Shown one piece after another: positions 37,950-50,853 of a stretch of 64,000 nt of DNA. The notes beneath the pieces were generated by a model. The model had not been told where the DNA came from, did not search any database, and saw only the letters and a program-made list of their open reading frames with translations. The position numbers and the translations under genes are program-made. The stretch is from Azolla caroliniana (taxonomy: Eukaryota; Plantae; Polypodiophyta), in NCBI GenBank assembly GCA_043228905.1, contig JBHGNT010000003.1, forward strand, positions 4,030,001 through 4,094,000, read 5' to 3'. Each line of letters begins with the position of its first letter. Position 1 is the stretch's first letter.

Positions 37950-38995
37950 TGCATGCATATCTTCCTACCTCAATATCTACCTGGTGAAACGACTACTGTA
38001 GCCAACCTATCCAACAACATAGGCACATGGTATTGATGTATGTCCATATATGAGGACCTTATGATAAATCCATCCTGCGATGCGTGTAAAAAGTATGCCT
38101 AATAGTGGGCCATCTTCCATGTTCTTTCATTATTCAATTTGATACATCAGCTCTGATCAGTATTAGATGGAGACAGTCCAATCTATTTTGTGACAGGGGT
38201 AGTGCATTTATTTTTATGCCATGTGACTCGAAACAATGTTGTGTTTTGCCAACAGTGACCATCTCCATGTTCAGGAAGTTGTTTTGATGACATAAGTGCC
38301 AACCTTGAGTACTTTCAGAAAGGCATCTCCCAAACTCATTGGATACCAGTGATCAGGATTCGGAATAATGCTTTGGTGATTGTTTGGGCTGCTAACATCT
38401 CTTCCTGAATTATATCATGGGGAATTGATATGCACTTTATCATGCACGTAATCATTGAGACCAAAGCTCTCTCCAAATCTTGCCAGTTAATTGCCTTGAA
38501 TAGACTCGGTCCCCAAGTATCTGACAAGAGTCAGTGCGACAAGCCTATCAAATAGCCACAATTTAGCTTCTGGCTATTGAATTGTATATGTGCACATTTT
38601 CTTTCAAAAGCAACCAAGGGCAACATATCCACGAGAAAGTCTAGGCCAAGCATCCTTCCATGAGGAGACCGAGGCGTTACAAATGTTACACTTAGGTATG
38701 TGTACGACCATGTGTATGCCACTTTTTCTTGTCCCAAGAAGAATTCTGGTTCTGATTTCGTTACCCATGCTTGGGTGGTGTTAAATACCATCACTTTCGT
38801 TTTATATAAGTTTACCAAGAATTTGTTGTTAAGGCATTTCTAGAGAATTGGATATCAACGCAATAACATGAGAATACAATAATATTTGTATGGCTATACC
38901 TGCTAGGCATAATCTTGAACCACCATATCTCTCTTATGTAATCCAGTACCTCATCTGTATAGAGACCAACAGAGTGGGTGATAAAGGGACTGATA
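37950..38995 (-). mobile_element. Degenerate LINE RT fragment
   Basis: VPLSPTL, VNLYKTKVMVFN, YTYLSV; HDIIQEEM resembles VPHDIIRAEF of the LINE at 6241-7224. Confidence 0.65.
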
Positions 38996-39831
38996 ATAAC
39001 TTTAGTTTTTTCATGCTAGATGTACAGTAAAGTAATTATTTAGTAACTCCAGCCTGCTCCTGGCATTGTGAAATGTACAAATAATTGCCTATATGTAAAA
39101 CCTTGGCAAATATACAAAGTAACTTTGTTGTAATAATAGTTTTAATTTTCATTTCTATTATGTTTTGGTAATGGTTTTAGGTCTTTTTTCTGAAATCAGA
39201 TGATGTTTTGGTTGCATGGGGCATATTAAAGCGGTATTACAGTTATCTTCCTCTATCTTGTGTTCCAGAGAGGTTACCAACAGCTGTAGAGTGGACATAA
39301 GCAAGTTAGATCTTGGGCAACTTATGGTTGCAAGAGACATCCAAATTCAATGTAAGGTGGATTTGCATCTAGATTTAGACCCTGCATCTCCAATTTGTGA
39401 GATACTAACAATGAGTTAGTGTTACATCTTCAATTCTCTTCTAGATTGGTGGGAAAACCGGTCCCTTGAGACAGTTTGCAGATGTCTTCCTCTCTTGAGC
39501 TTCAAACATTTTCTGTGATATATTATTACAAGTGGGTTAGTTAATCATTAGTTCTCTCCTAAACTCATGGGAAATATTTTCCCCTAGAGAGTAATTTGCA
39601 CAAATTTCTCTCAAGTTTCGAACATTTTGTGCTCCTAGAAGCCTCTATATGTGGGTAAACATTATTTTGACATAGCTTAAGAGCTATATTATAGATGGCA
39701 TTCGGAAATGTATGTATTTGATGCCATATGTTGTATAGTGCCTCATGAAGAAATGTTCTCGTATAACAAGTATATCTAATGCAAATTTAGTATTTTCCTT
39801 CATGTCAATCAATCTCACATCACATTGACTT

Positions 39832-40027
39832 ATAGAGATATTGATCGGTTTCTGCATCAGGAATATAATTCAAGCAACGAATATGTTGATGAGCGCAGCT
39901 CCTTGTTTTGTTGAAGTTAAAGTATAGAGATGTCTTATGATCGGATTTTGCATGTGGAATATAATTCAAGCAACGAATATGTTGATGAGCGCAGAGCCTT
40001 GTTTTGTTGAAGTTAAAGTATAAAGAT
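39832..40027 (+). repeat. Two-copy ~96-bp tandem duplication
   Basis: GGAATATAATTCAAGCAACGAATATGTTGATGAGCGCAG..CCTTGTTTTGTTGAAGTTAAAGTATA at 39860 and 39956. Confidence 0.9.
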
Positions 40028-41149
40028 TTCTTATAAAGGACCATATAGTTAACATTCACACAATATTTAATGTCCACTGTCAGTTCAATTGATTTCTGGT
40101 GTCGTTATTTGAGTGCAATAAAATAGAACTCCCTGCTTGGAAATTTGGCCACTTTAAAAGTATGATAGCATATTATTGCAAATAGGTTAGACGTCAAAGG
40201 TTTACCCAACATGATCCATTTGCACCTCATTCCCATCATGTATTTGAATATCATAGCCTCTAAGTCGATTTAGAGAAGGCATGCTCTTGTAGGATTCAAG
40301 ATGTATTTCTATAACATGGCACCAAGTCAATATTAAACAGGCATGTATGCAGGCTTCTCGCCCATGGAATTTACATGTGATGGTACAAAAGTTGTACACT
40401 CTCAACCATGTTAATATGCATGTGATTGCAAAAACTTCCTAAAAGATATTTGACCCCTATTTAATACATTTCTAGGTCTTGGGACATTGAAGCACAGATT
40501 GATAAAACAAAAATCGTTACGAAGTTTGAAAGTTAGAATCTAACGTGTTAGGCATGTAATAAAGTATCACACTTGTTTCTGTCTCCAAAAGGCAGCAATG
40601 GAATAGCAGTGCATTTATTTGTGTGATTCACATGATGAGCATATACCAAGAATTTGTTCTAAAAATTATCTAAATGTTTACTATCATCTCCTAAAATTAA
40701 CAGTTGATATACAACCAGCAAACTTCTAGTATCATAGAGGCAATTAAAGGGGGAATGTCTAGGCAAGCAAAATAATAGAGACGTATGCAAGCTTCATGCA
40801 ATTCAACATTGTACAGAAGATGTGATCATCATTAAGAGGAGAGCTCAACACCGACTCAATATGATTTAGGTGCTGGGCCAAGAAGACCATCAGATCCATG
40901 TATAATCCAAACCTCTTGAATATGAGATGTAGTAAAGAAAAAATGGTTTACTTTAATTGCAACCCTAATGAAGGTTTTGATTTCAAATAAAGTCAATATT
41001 TAAAATGTAGAACACTTTCTTCTTCTTTTTTTCCATAAAACATATGCTCCATTGGTATTAATAAAAGGCCAGAGGCAGTATACAAATAGTATATAATATT
41101 GTTTCATCTCCACAAGTATATATTATGAAAGACAAGACCAAATATAACC

Positions 41150-41760
41150 TTTGCTACGGCAAGCTAGGAGACCACATATAAAGGTGAAAACAATCTCCAG
41201 CATGTAAAAAGAAGTCAGTGCTTCATCGAAACGTCCATTCTATCATGATTGCCTTCCAAATGGCCACATTTGTAGTTAGAAGCATCTAAAACCCATCTTC
41301 CTTTGCCCCTTGTTATGGTCTCTAAAAACTTCATGTTGCAGACAAAGTTAGCTGAACTTGATTCCGCATATGCTAAAACTCTTGGTTGTCCACCCTTGTC
41401 TAAATATACACCTGCATGAATCATTTGATGACATAAGAAGAGAACACCTACTCTACATTCCTACTTAGAGTATCCAACTTTTTCGAACTTCATTTTTCGA
41501 CATTAGCCCTCAACCTTTCACAACAAAAATGCCTACAAACTCAACCAACTTTATAAATCCTGTAATGTGATCACTTTATCAATGAATTCCAATGTCTGGA
41601 GTCGAGCAATGTCTTCCGATGACAGCAACACATTTGGCCTGACTTGTTGTGTATTAAATGCTTCAAAGAGACAATTGTAAAGGGGTGATGATATCATTAA
41701 AAATATCCAAGCTTCAAAGCATGTACTCTCGTCGACCCTCAAGAAAATGCTTCCAAGTCC
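41150..41760 (-). mobile_element. Degenerate repeat, related to 42903-43555 in inverted orientation (LINE-like)
   Basis: Reverse complement of 41551-41600 matches 43218-43262 (CATTGGAATTCATTGAyAAAGT..GATCAsATT..AGGATTT); limits approximate. Confidence 0.45.
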
Positions 41761-42591
41761 ACACCATCAACACTCATAAAACAAAAAAGGAAACGGGTCT
41801 ACTCTCCCATCGTGAAGTATGCTTCAACCCCCGACAACCTCATTACTCATCCTTATCATACAAAGAATCTGTTTTGTTTTCCCCATCCAACATCTAGCCG
41901 ATTACCACCAAAGTCCACATCAACCACCTCTCGTCGTAGACCACCAAAGCCCATATAAAATAAGTGTGTAGTTCTCTCTCATTTTCAATGGAAATCTTTT
42001 ACCAGATTTCACGCTATTCTTAATACCAAGAATTCTTGTCCCAATAGAAATCGGATTTGATTCCTCATCGATCAAAAGAAATTGATTGAGTCGATATATT
42101 AAAGCATTCCTCATTTGTGAATAAATTTGTAATGTCTTTGAGATTGGAAGACGCGATGACCGACATCCAGTGTGCTCTCCTTCTCCTGTCATGAAAGTAT
42201 GCTTCAGCCCCTACACCATCAAAAAATAGAATGAATCACTCTCCTCAGACACTCATAAAAATTGCTTCACCCTCCAACACCATCTTCAGTCATCATTATA
42301 GAAAATCTGCTTCATTTTCAACATCAACCATCTGTCCATTTTCAGCAAATTCTTGTACCTACTCATAATATTCTGCTTCACCCCCCACACCGTCTTCGCT
42401 CATCCTTATCCCTTAAAAAAAATTGCTTCTTAAGTCCACATCAACCATCTCGCCGATTAGCACCAAATTCCTATATAAATAATAGCAAAATGATTATAAA
42501 ATGTTTCCTCAACCCTTCATATATTTGCTTCAACCCCCACACCATCGTCACTCATCCTCTCGTCATGAATAAACTCTATAAAGACAATAAC

Positions 42592-42715
42592 TACATGACA
42601 ACAACGACCAGACGATCTTGTTTGTTGCACTCCCTACGACACCTAAAATCTTACATGACAACAACGACAATACGATCCTGTATGTTGCACTCCCTAAGAT
42701 GAAACCTAAAATCTT
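42592..42715 (+). repeat. Two-copy ~60-bp tandem repeat
   Basis: TACATGACAACAACGAC..ACGATC..TGTTGCACTCCCTA..ACCTAAAATCTT occurs twice. Confidence 0.85.
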
Positions 42716-42902
42716 CCTCACTCCGTCCCATGACACCGAATTCCATCAAGCATCCTAACATATAGACAACAAACAAATTAGTGTAAAAAAATGTAGACCA
42801 CTTATCATTATAGCCAACCTCTTTTCCTACACCTAAACATAAATTTAATAACAAGTAACAACTCTTACGAAGGTATTGATTTTGAATATTTGAGAATGTG
42901 TT

Positions 42903-43555
42903 AATAATAACTTGTTGTACACACATGTTGAAGAAATGTGTTTATTGAATCCTTTTAGCATGGTTTATGGGAGATGTGGAATGCCATAGGATGGTAGCAA
43001 ACTACATCAAAAACTAAAGGAATGATTAGTAAATACATGGTTCACCATATTATTTTATGGTCCTTATCAAAGGTTATTAGTAAGCGCACTTGAAAAGGTC
43101 TCGAGGGACTGTCTATTTACCAAGATACTACAAGTTCATGGAATGTTGTAAAGATCCTAGCAAGCGGACTCATCAGTGGTCTTATGATTTCAATGGCAAC
43201 AATTCATCAACATCAACCATTGGAATTCATTGACAAAGTTTTGATCAGATTGCAAGGATTTCTAACGGTGGTAGCTTGGTGAACATCGGAAGTAGTGTTG
43301 AGGCGTGTTAGGGCGAAACTACTAATCAAATGAAAGGTGGAATGCCTAGAAATATATGTGGCATAGACTCCATTAATAAAGGTCATAGGTGGTAATTCCT
43401 TGATTAATATGGATGTTATAGGTGGCTAGATTGTTGAAGCTACATGACTGTTCAAGAGATTTTTACTTAAATATGTTGCAATATTCATTGTAATACTGAA
43501 CCGTTTTGTATATTGACTTCTTTAAATACCAATGGAGGATATTTTTTTTGTAAAA
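42903..43555 (+). mobile_element. 5'-truncated non-LTR insertion with an 18-bp target-site duplication
   Basis: AATATTTGAGAATGTGTT at 42885-42902 and 43556-43573; short A-tract at the 3' end. Confidence 0.6.
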
Positions 43556-44329
43556 AATATTTGAGAATGTGTTCTATTTTGCATGTGAATGGTCTAGATT
43601 GTGAATAAAATGGTCCAGTTCAAGAATGGGGATATTAAGATTCTTCTTCTGTTCCATAGGAGCTTCCAGACAAACAAATATTACTCTTCCTCTTGGATGT
43701 TGTCACATTAACCTAATGTCAATAAAAACATTTTCCCCATGAAATTATAAATGGGTTGTTCATGTTAGTAGTTCTCATTGTCTCACAGAAGAGCACTATT
43801 CTAAATTGCAAATTAACAAAAACTTATAGATCAATTATGTCCATTAAAGCAAGAGTTGGCTAAAGCACATGAAGATCAAGTTTCCCCTACATATGTAGAT
43901 AGAAAAGCACTGTAATGCGTTTTTTTCTAGGAATATTTACTGAAACCACAAACAAATCAAGAAAAAAAAGCATACACAAAAGAAAATGGTAATGGTAGGA
44001 ATTTGAAGGGTTTAGGGTTTACGACCCAAAATCATTTAGAAGAATGGGGTTGTGCAAGATTTTGAGTTTCATGTGTATGAAATTTGGGAGTAGAAAGATT
44101 TACCACAAACATCTCTAACAAAACCATATTGTTTTGTCTCATTCTATTCTACCGTCTTAAACTAAATGGTTCGAACAATGTAATCATGAGTGAATGATTA
44201 CAGTTTTATATGTAATCATGAGGGTTGGTAAATTTTTATATGTTGAATGGACAAGAATATGACACAGAGCACATGCACCGATTTATTAGATTCTGTTGTT
44301 TAGTCTGCATACTACAAGTGGTCTTTGTT

Positions 44330-47300
44330 TGTTGAGCGGCAAGCTCAACCGGAGCCGGATCGGCTGAATAAGCCGGAGCCGGTAAGCGAGACGGATCGGG
44401 CGAAACGGATCGGTATGACGGTGAGCAACCGAACCGGCAAGCAGTGGAGGCCGGGTGCAATCCGTAACCGGCAATCCAATCTGAAGCCTAGAATAGGATA
44501 GACTACTAGGTATCTATAGTCTCGTAGTAAGTGTCAGATGCTCGTGTGAGCATTGAAGTACATGATACTTCTGTCAGTCCCAAGAGGACTTGTATAAATA
44601 GTACTACTTAGCATAGTGTGGAAAAAGCAGAGTCTTGATATAATTTTGGAAATTACGTTCTGCTCTCTCTGTCTCTCTCTCTCTTTCTCTCTCTGTGTTG
44701 TTCTCTGTTTTACGCTTCCGCAAACACTCACGTTTACATGGTATCAAAGCGCGAGGGTTGAGAACCTCTACTGCAGACATTTACTCTTGAGAAGAAAACC
44801 CTAACAGGTCGAAAACAGACACAGTAGAAGACATGGATAGAGGCATGGCTACGTCGCTCCCGGTGGAAAAGCTCGACAGGAGCAACTACGGATCCTAGTC
44901 TTACATGATGCACCAGTACCTGCTTGGACACGGGTACTGGAGTTATGTCGAAGGAGCGAATGATGCGGCGCCAGACTCGGCACACAAGGACTTCCCGGTA
45001 TGGGAACAGGCGGCAAGCAGGGTGATGTACTGCTTCGCATCAAGTGTCGTCGATCAGCTGCTCAGCCACATCCGTGACGCCAAGACACCGAAGGATGCTT
45101 GGGGGAACCTGAAAAAGGTTTTCGCCACAAGCACCACTGCCCGGAAGCTGCAACTCAGACAGGAGTTGAGCAATGTTCGACAGAAGAACATGTCCGTGGC
45201 AGACTACACGGGCCGGATAAAGGAGATTTGCGACTCACTCGCCTCTATCAATGTTACCGTAGAGGAAGACGAGATGGTGCAGGTGTGTCTCGGAGGCTTG
45301 GCGTCCAAGTTCAGAGCGTTCCGGACTGCGGTGTGTACAAGGGAGAATACCCCCTCATTCTTCGACTTACAGTCGATGCTCCTTGTAGAGGAGAACCACG
45401 CCGGTGCATCTACCAGTGCATCCCCGGACAACCGAATGTTGTACACGGGAACGGATCGGCACTGTGGGCGTGGTGGAAGAGGTGGGTCGGCACGCAATGG
45501 AGGCAGCCGGCAAGAGCAGGAACGGAGGCACTATGAGTGTGCCGACAGCAGTTCCGGGACTTCCACAAGAAGGGGAGTCAAGGCAGTGCCGGAGGCCGGC
45601 AAGACAAATCCGCTACGGAATGCTGGTACTGTGGCAAAAAAGGCCACAGGGAAAGCGAGTGCTGGAGAAAGCGTGCCGATTCGGACAAATCCGGATCGGG
45701 CAAGACCGGTAAGGATGGCCGGCAAAACTCGCACTACGCAAACGGATCAGGAGGATCCGGAACCGGAAAGGCCGGTAAGGGGCCAGCCTTGGTGATGAAT
45801 CACAAGGCAAACTCAATGAAGAAGAGCACTTCCAAAACGGAGGAAGTGTGGTATGTTGATTCTGGCGCGTCGAACCACATGACGAGCCACAAAGAGTGGT
45901 TCTCCTTTCTGGAGAAACCGGATCAACCAGGAGTAGTCGAAACCGGAGACGACATTCCACACCCAATCGTGCACGTCGGAGAAGTCCCTCTAAGCCACGT
46001 CGGACAGAAAGGGAAGCTGATGAACGTATTACACGTTCCGACGATCACGAAGAACCTGGTGTCCATCGGTCAGATTGTTGACCAAGGGATGCAGGTGCGG
46101 TTTACGCACCTCGGGTGCTTCATTGAAGATGAGGGCGAAGTCATTGCGCAAGGGCGTAGAGACGGGAGGATGTTTATCCTCAACACCAATGACATTGGCA
46201 CCGCTCTATTCGCGAAACGACAGAAGGTCGAGTCGGACATCGACCTATGGCACAAGCGGATAGGCCACGTCAACTACCAGAGGCTTCAAGACCTGCAAAC
46301 AAAACAAGTCGTTTTCGGTTTGCCAAAGTTCAGTGGCCGGAGAGCCAAAATTTGTGAAACCTGCCAACTTGGGAAGCAACACCGGATTCCATTCCCCATC
46401 GAACGGAACCGGAGCCGTAACAAGCTCGATCTCATCCATTCAGATGTGTGGGGACCGGCACAAAGTGTAAGCCTTGGCGGGAGCCGGTACTTCGTCTCCT
46501 TCATCGACGACTATACTCGACATACTTGGATCTACCTCATTGAGCGGAAGAGCGAAGTCTTCGACTGTTTCCGGAGACTCCAGAAGATGGTGGAACGGGA
46601 ATCGGAGAGGAAGATCAAATGCCTTCGATCGGATGGCGGAAAGGAATATTTTTCCGGCCAATTCACTAGTTATCTACAGCAGAAGGGAACTCACACCAGA
46701 GCAAAACGGTGTGGCCGAAAGGAAGAACCAGACACTCGTCGAAGCGGCAAGGACAATGCTGGAGGAGAAGAGCATGCCCCGGTTCTACTGGGTGGAGGCG
46801 GTCCAGACGGCCGTCTACATACAAAACCGCATTGGTGACAAGGTGTCAACTCATGAGTTGTATTTCGGGCGCAAGCCGAACTTAAGACACCTTTGGATAT
46901 TCGGCAGCCTAGCGTATGTGCATGTGCCGGATCAGAAGCGGAGGAAGCTGGATGCAAAATCGGAAAAATGCATCCTAGTCGGCTATGCTCAAGAGCAAAA
47001 GGGGTATAAGTGCTATAACCCCTGGATGAAGGAAGTCCGAGTTAGCCGGGATGTCGAGTTCGCCGACTCCGACATCCAATCCCAACCGAATGCCGGAAGA
47101 TCAGGCCAGTGAGCCTGAATCAGCCTTGGGAGAGGATGATGAAGCCGGGACTCAAGATGACAGTCCGGAATCGTTGCGGTTGAGTGGACCGAACGAGCGA
47201 CTGAGTCGGTTGGACCAGTCAGATGACGAGACGGCAAGTGGTGGAGACTCTGCCGTGCTCTCCCCGCGCAAGGAACCAAGGAAACGGTTCACGCGCAAAG

Positions 47301-50229
47301 AGAAGGGGAAGAGGAAGATGCCTGAATTCGAAACCGGCAACGATGAGTCGGATCGGTGCGTATCCGACTTCGGAAAGGAGAAAGGCAGATCTTCGGCAAC
47401 GAAGACCGAACTGGCCAAGAAGGGCCTCAAATCAGGTGACGGTGTTGTTGCGCCGATCAACCCGTCAGAAGGATCCCGTCGTGCGGTACGGGTACAATGA
47501 ATACATGGCGCATCATTATGCGTACATGACTAAGGTGACAGAAGTGCGCGAGCCGGAGAGCTACGCAGAAGCGGCAAAGGACGCAAATTGGCGTGCCGCT
47601 ATGGACGAAGAAATGCGGGCACTCGATGCCAACGAAACTTGGGACCTAGTTGATCCTCCCCGTCACTGTAAACCGATCGGATGCAAGTGGGTGTACAAGG
47701 TCAAGTACAACGCCGACGGTTCTGTTAACCGGTACAAAGCCCGGTTAGTGGCGAAGGGATACGCGCAGACCCACGGAATCGACTACGACGAGACCTTTGC
47801 TCCTGTGGCGAAGATGACGACGGTTCGTGTGGTACTGGCAGTTGCTGCGGCAAGGGGGTGGCATCTTCACCAGATGGATGTGAAGAACGCCTTCCTTCAA
47901 GGAGAGCTTGAAGAAGAAGTCTTTATGACTCAGCCCCCCGGATTTCAATCGGAGATGAACAAATCGGCGGTATGCCGACTGAAGAAGTCGCTTTACGGCT
48001 TGAAGCAAGCCCCTCGAGCTTGGAACGCGAAGATCACGCACCGGTTGCGTAAGCTGGGGTTTGTTGTCTCTAAGTCGGACTCTTCGTCGTTCATCCGGCA
48101 AGGCTCTGACGGTCCGGTATGTATACTCTTGTATGTGGATGATTTAGTCATCACCGGACCGGGTCTTCCGGAAATCAACCACGTCAAGTCCCAGTTGTCG
48201 GATGCATTTGAAATGAAGGACCTGGGGGAACTCCATTATTTTCTTGGGATCGAAGTGATCCGGACCCCCGACGGCATATTGCTCTCACAACGACATTACG
48301 TGTTGAATATGCTGTATAAGTTCGGCATGTCGTATTGCCGACCTGTCTCCACACCCTTGGATCGGAACCAGAAGCTCCGTCCCAACTCCGGACCAGCCTA
48401 CAATGAGAAACGGTTCCGACAGGTTGTCGGAAGCCTGATCTACTTAACCATCACCCGAGCCGACATCAGCTATCCGGTCGGCATGGTAAGTCAGTTCATG
48501 CAGAAGCCGACCGTGGAGCACCTTCAGTGCGCGCAAAGAATATTACGGTATGTCAGCGGCACTAAGGACCGGGGACTGCTATACCGGCGAGGTATACCCG
48601 AAGAGCTTGTCGGTTACACAGATGCTGACTGGGCCGGTGATGCGTCTGATCGCCGCTCCACTTCCGGATACATGTTCTCCATAGGTAGGGTGGCCGTTGC
48701 GTGGAGCAGCAAGAAGCAGCCCACAGTGGCTTTGTCAAGCACTGAGGCTGAGTACCGGGCCGCTACCGTTGCCACTTGTGAAGCCATCTGGCTTTGGCGA
48801 CTGCTGCGAGACTTGCGGATCGAGGTACCAACCCCGATCCCGATTTACTGCGATAACATGAGCAGCCTGCAGCTCGCCAGGAACCCCGTGTTCCATGCTC
48901 GCACAAAGCACATCGAGGTGCACTACCACTTCGTGCGTGAGCGGGTCCTGAGCGGTGAAGTTGACCTACGGTATGTTCATACGGATCGGCAAGCTGCCGA
49001 CATCTTCACCAAGCCGCTCGGATCGGACAAGTTGCAGCACTTTACCGACATGCTTGGTGTTCAGCATCTCGACGTGCCGCACTTGAGGGGGAGAAGCAAG
49101 GGCAAAGTCTCTACCGAAACGGGCAAAGGCCAACAAACTGTTGAACCCATCGGTAAGAGGAGAGCCGGAAGAAGAGGAGACAAGAAGATAAAGGAAGCCG
49201 AGTCGGCGAAGGAAGTCGACACATCCGAACAGGTCGGAGCAAGCGGCTGTGAAGAAGAGTTGTGCACTCAGGAAGAGAAGTGCATGCTGTGCAGAGGTCA
49301 TCACGACGGTACTGACCATGATGCGGAGTCGAATGAAGAATTCGATTTCGGTTCACCGGCTGAAGAAGCCAAGGGAAGCATGGAGAAGGCCAAGACACGG
49401 AAGTGGTCCGATGTGGTGAGAGGCCTGAAGCCGGAAGTCGAATCGGAGTGTACCGATTCGGACAAGAGCTGGAACGAGTCGGAGACAGCTGACTCGGATC
49501 AACAAATGGATCCGGATGAGTCGGATCGACTGAAGACCAAGGGGACACGGACACAGCGAAAGTCGATGCCATCGTGGGAGAACCGATGGATCGGCAAGCG
49601 TCGGAGTCACAACAACGTGACTGCTGAGATGGGCCTATTGAGCAGACATGCCAACCGAGAGGGTCGAGGCGCGCAGAACCAAAGGGGTTGCGGCAAACGG
49701 GACCGGACCGGACGAGGAGCGCGAGCAAGGCGGAGTGACGCCAGGAGAAATCGGTTGAAAGAACCGAATGCCACAGAGGTCGACACTACGACCCCACCTC
49801 AGGTTGAGCTTGAGGGGGAGTGTTGAGCGGCAAGCTCAACCGGAGCCGGATCGGCTGAATAAGCCGGAGCCGGTAAGCGAGACGGATCGGGCGAAACGGA
49901 TCGGTATGACGGTGAGCAACCGAACCGGCAAGCAGTGGAGGCCGGGTGCAATCCGTAACCGGCAGTCCAATCGGAAGCCTAGAATAGGATAGACTACTAG
50001 GTATCTATAGTCTCGTAGTAAGTGTCAGATGCTCGTGTGAGCATTGAAGTACATGGTACTTCTGTCAGTCCCAAGAGGACTTGTATAAATAGTACTACTT
50101 AGCACAGTGTGAAAAAAGCAGAGTCTTGATATAATTTTGGAAATTACGTTCTGCTCTCTCTGTCTCTCTCTCTCTTTCTCTCTCTATGTTGTTCTCTGTT
50201 TTACGCTTCTGCAAACACTCACGTTTACA
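44330..50229 (+). mobile_element. Ty1/copia element 3 (same family as copia 1), near full length
   Basis: 409-bp LTRs 44330-44738 and 49821-50229 (~7 mismatches by eye); TSD TTGTT; PBS TGGTATCAAAGC; PPT GAGGGGGAG. Confidence 0.96.
44833..49826 (+). pseudogene. Copia Gag-Pol with a stop (~44896) and frameshifts; RT-RNase H frame 47223-49826 carries a ~245-aa C-terminal extension
   Basis: CWYCGKKGHRESEC, WYVDSGAS, IHSDVWGP, LYVDDLV, YTDADWAG, KHIEVHYHFVRE. Confidence 0.9.
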
Positions 50230-50853
50230 TTGTTAATAGCTTGAACTCCTACTTTGTGCAAGATGGCGCAAAATCTTTGCTAGTTTATAAAGTGGAAAAA
50301 TATTACGATAATTTGGAGAATAATGATTACATTGATATATTAGAAAAGGGGAAAGTACAATATGACAAGGTGCACAATAATGTGAGTAGGTGTATTTAAA
50401 CCCTAAACCCTGTGCAAATGCTCGGTTTTGCTACATAAATTTGATTTATTCATTTAGGGCACAAAGTTTGTCTCGGTTAAAGAACAATGGCTTAAAACTA
50501 GTGAATACTAGGGGAAAGGTAATCCTTGATGATGGTAGGAAAAATGAATTTTGAAAAGAATGTACCAAGTTCAAGGACAAAAGAGATATTGATAAAGATG
50601 AAAGCCACTTGAAGAAACCCAGGCTTGGAGTTTGATGGAATGCTAAAATCTTGCCTATCTTATGATTCATATTTTCTAATGGGCAGTTTTTGGCTATCCC
50701 AAGAGTTAATTTCACATTTACCATGGAAATGATGCCAAAGCTATACAAACAACTGTCTCAACAATGATGCTTGGTTATAGTGGTACTCAACAACTGCCTA
50801 GTGGTCCAAGCAATGGTAAATTGTAACGAGGTGGAAGTAGAGGTATGGGGTAC

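Noticed and set aside
49080-49826. env-like gene in copia 3
   Set aside because: No signal peptide or transmembrane segment; the tail is hydrophilic and fused to Pol (reported as an extension instead)
44006-50415. Telomere-like GGGTTTAGGGTTT (~44008) and AAACCCTAAACCCT (~50398) in inverted orientation
   Set aside because: Only two units each; telobox-like motifs are common and no extended TIR is evident
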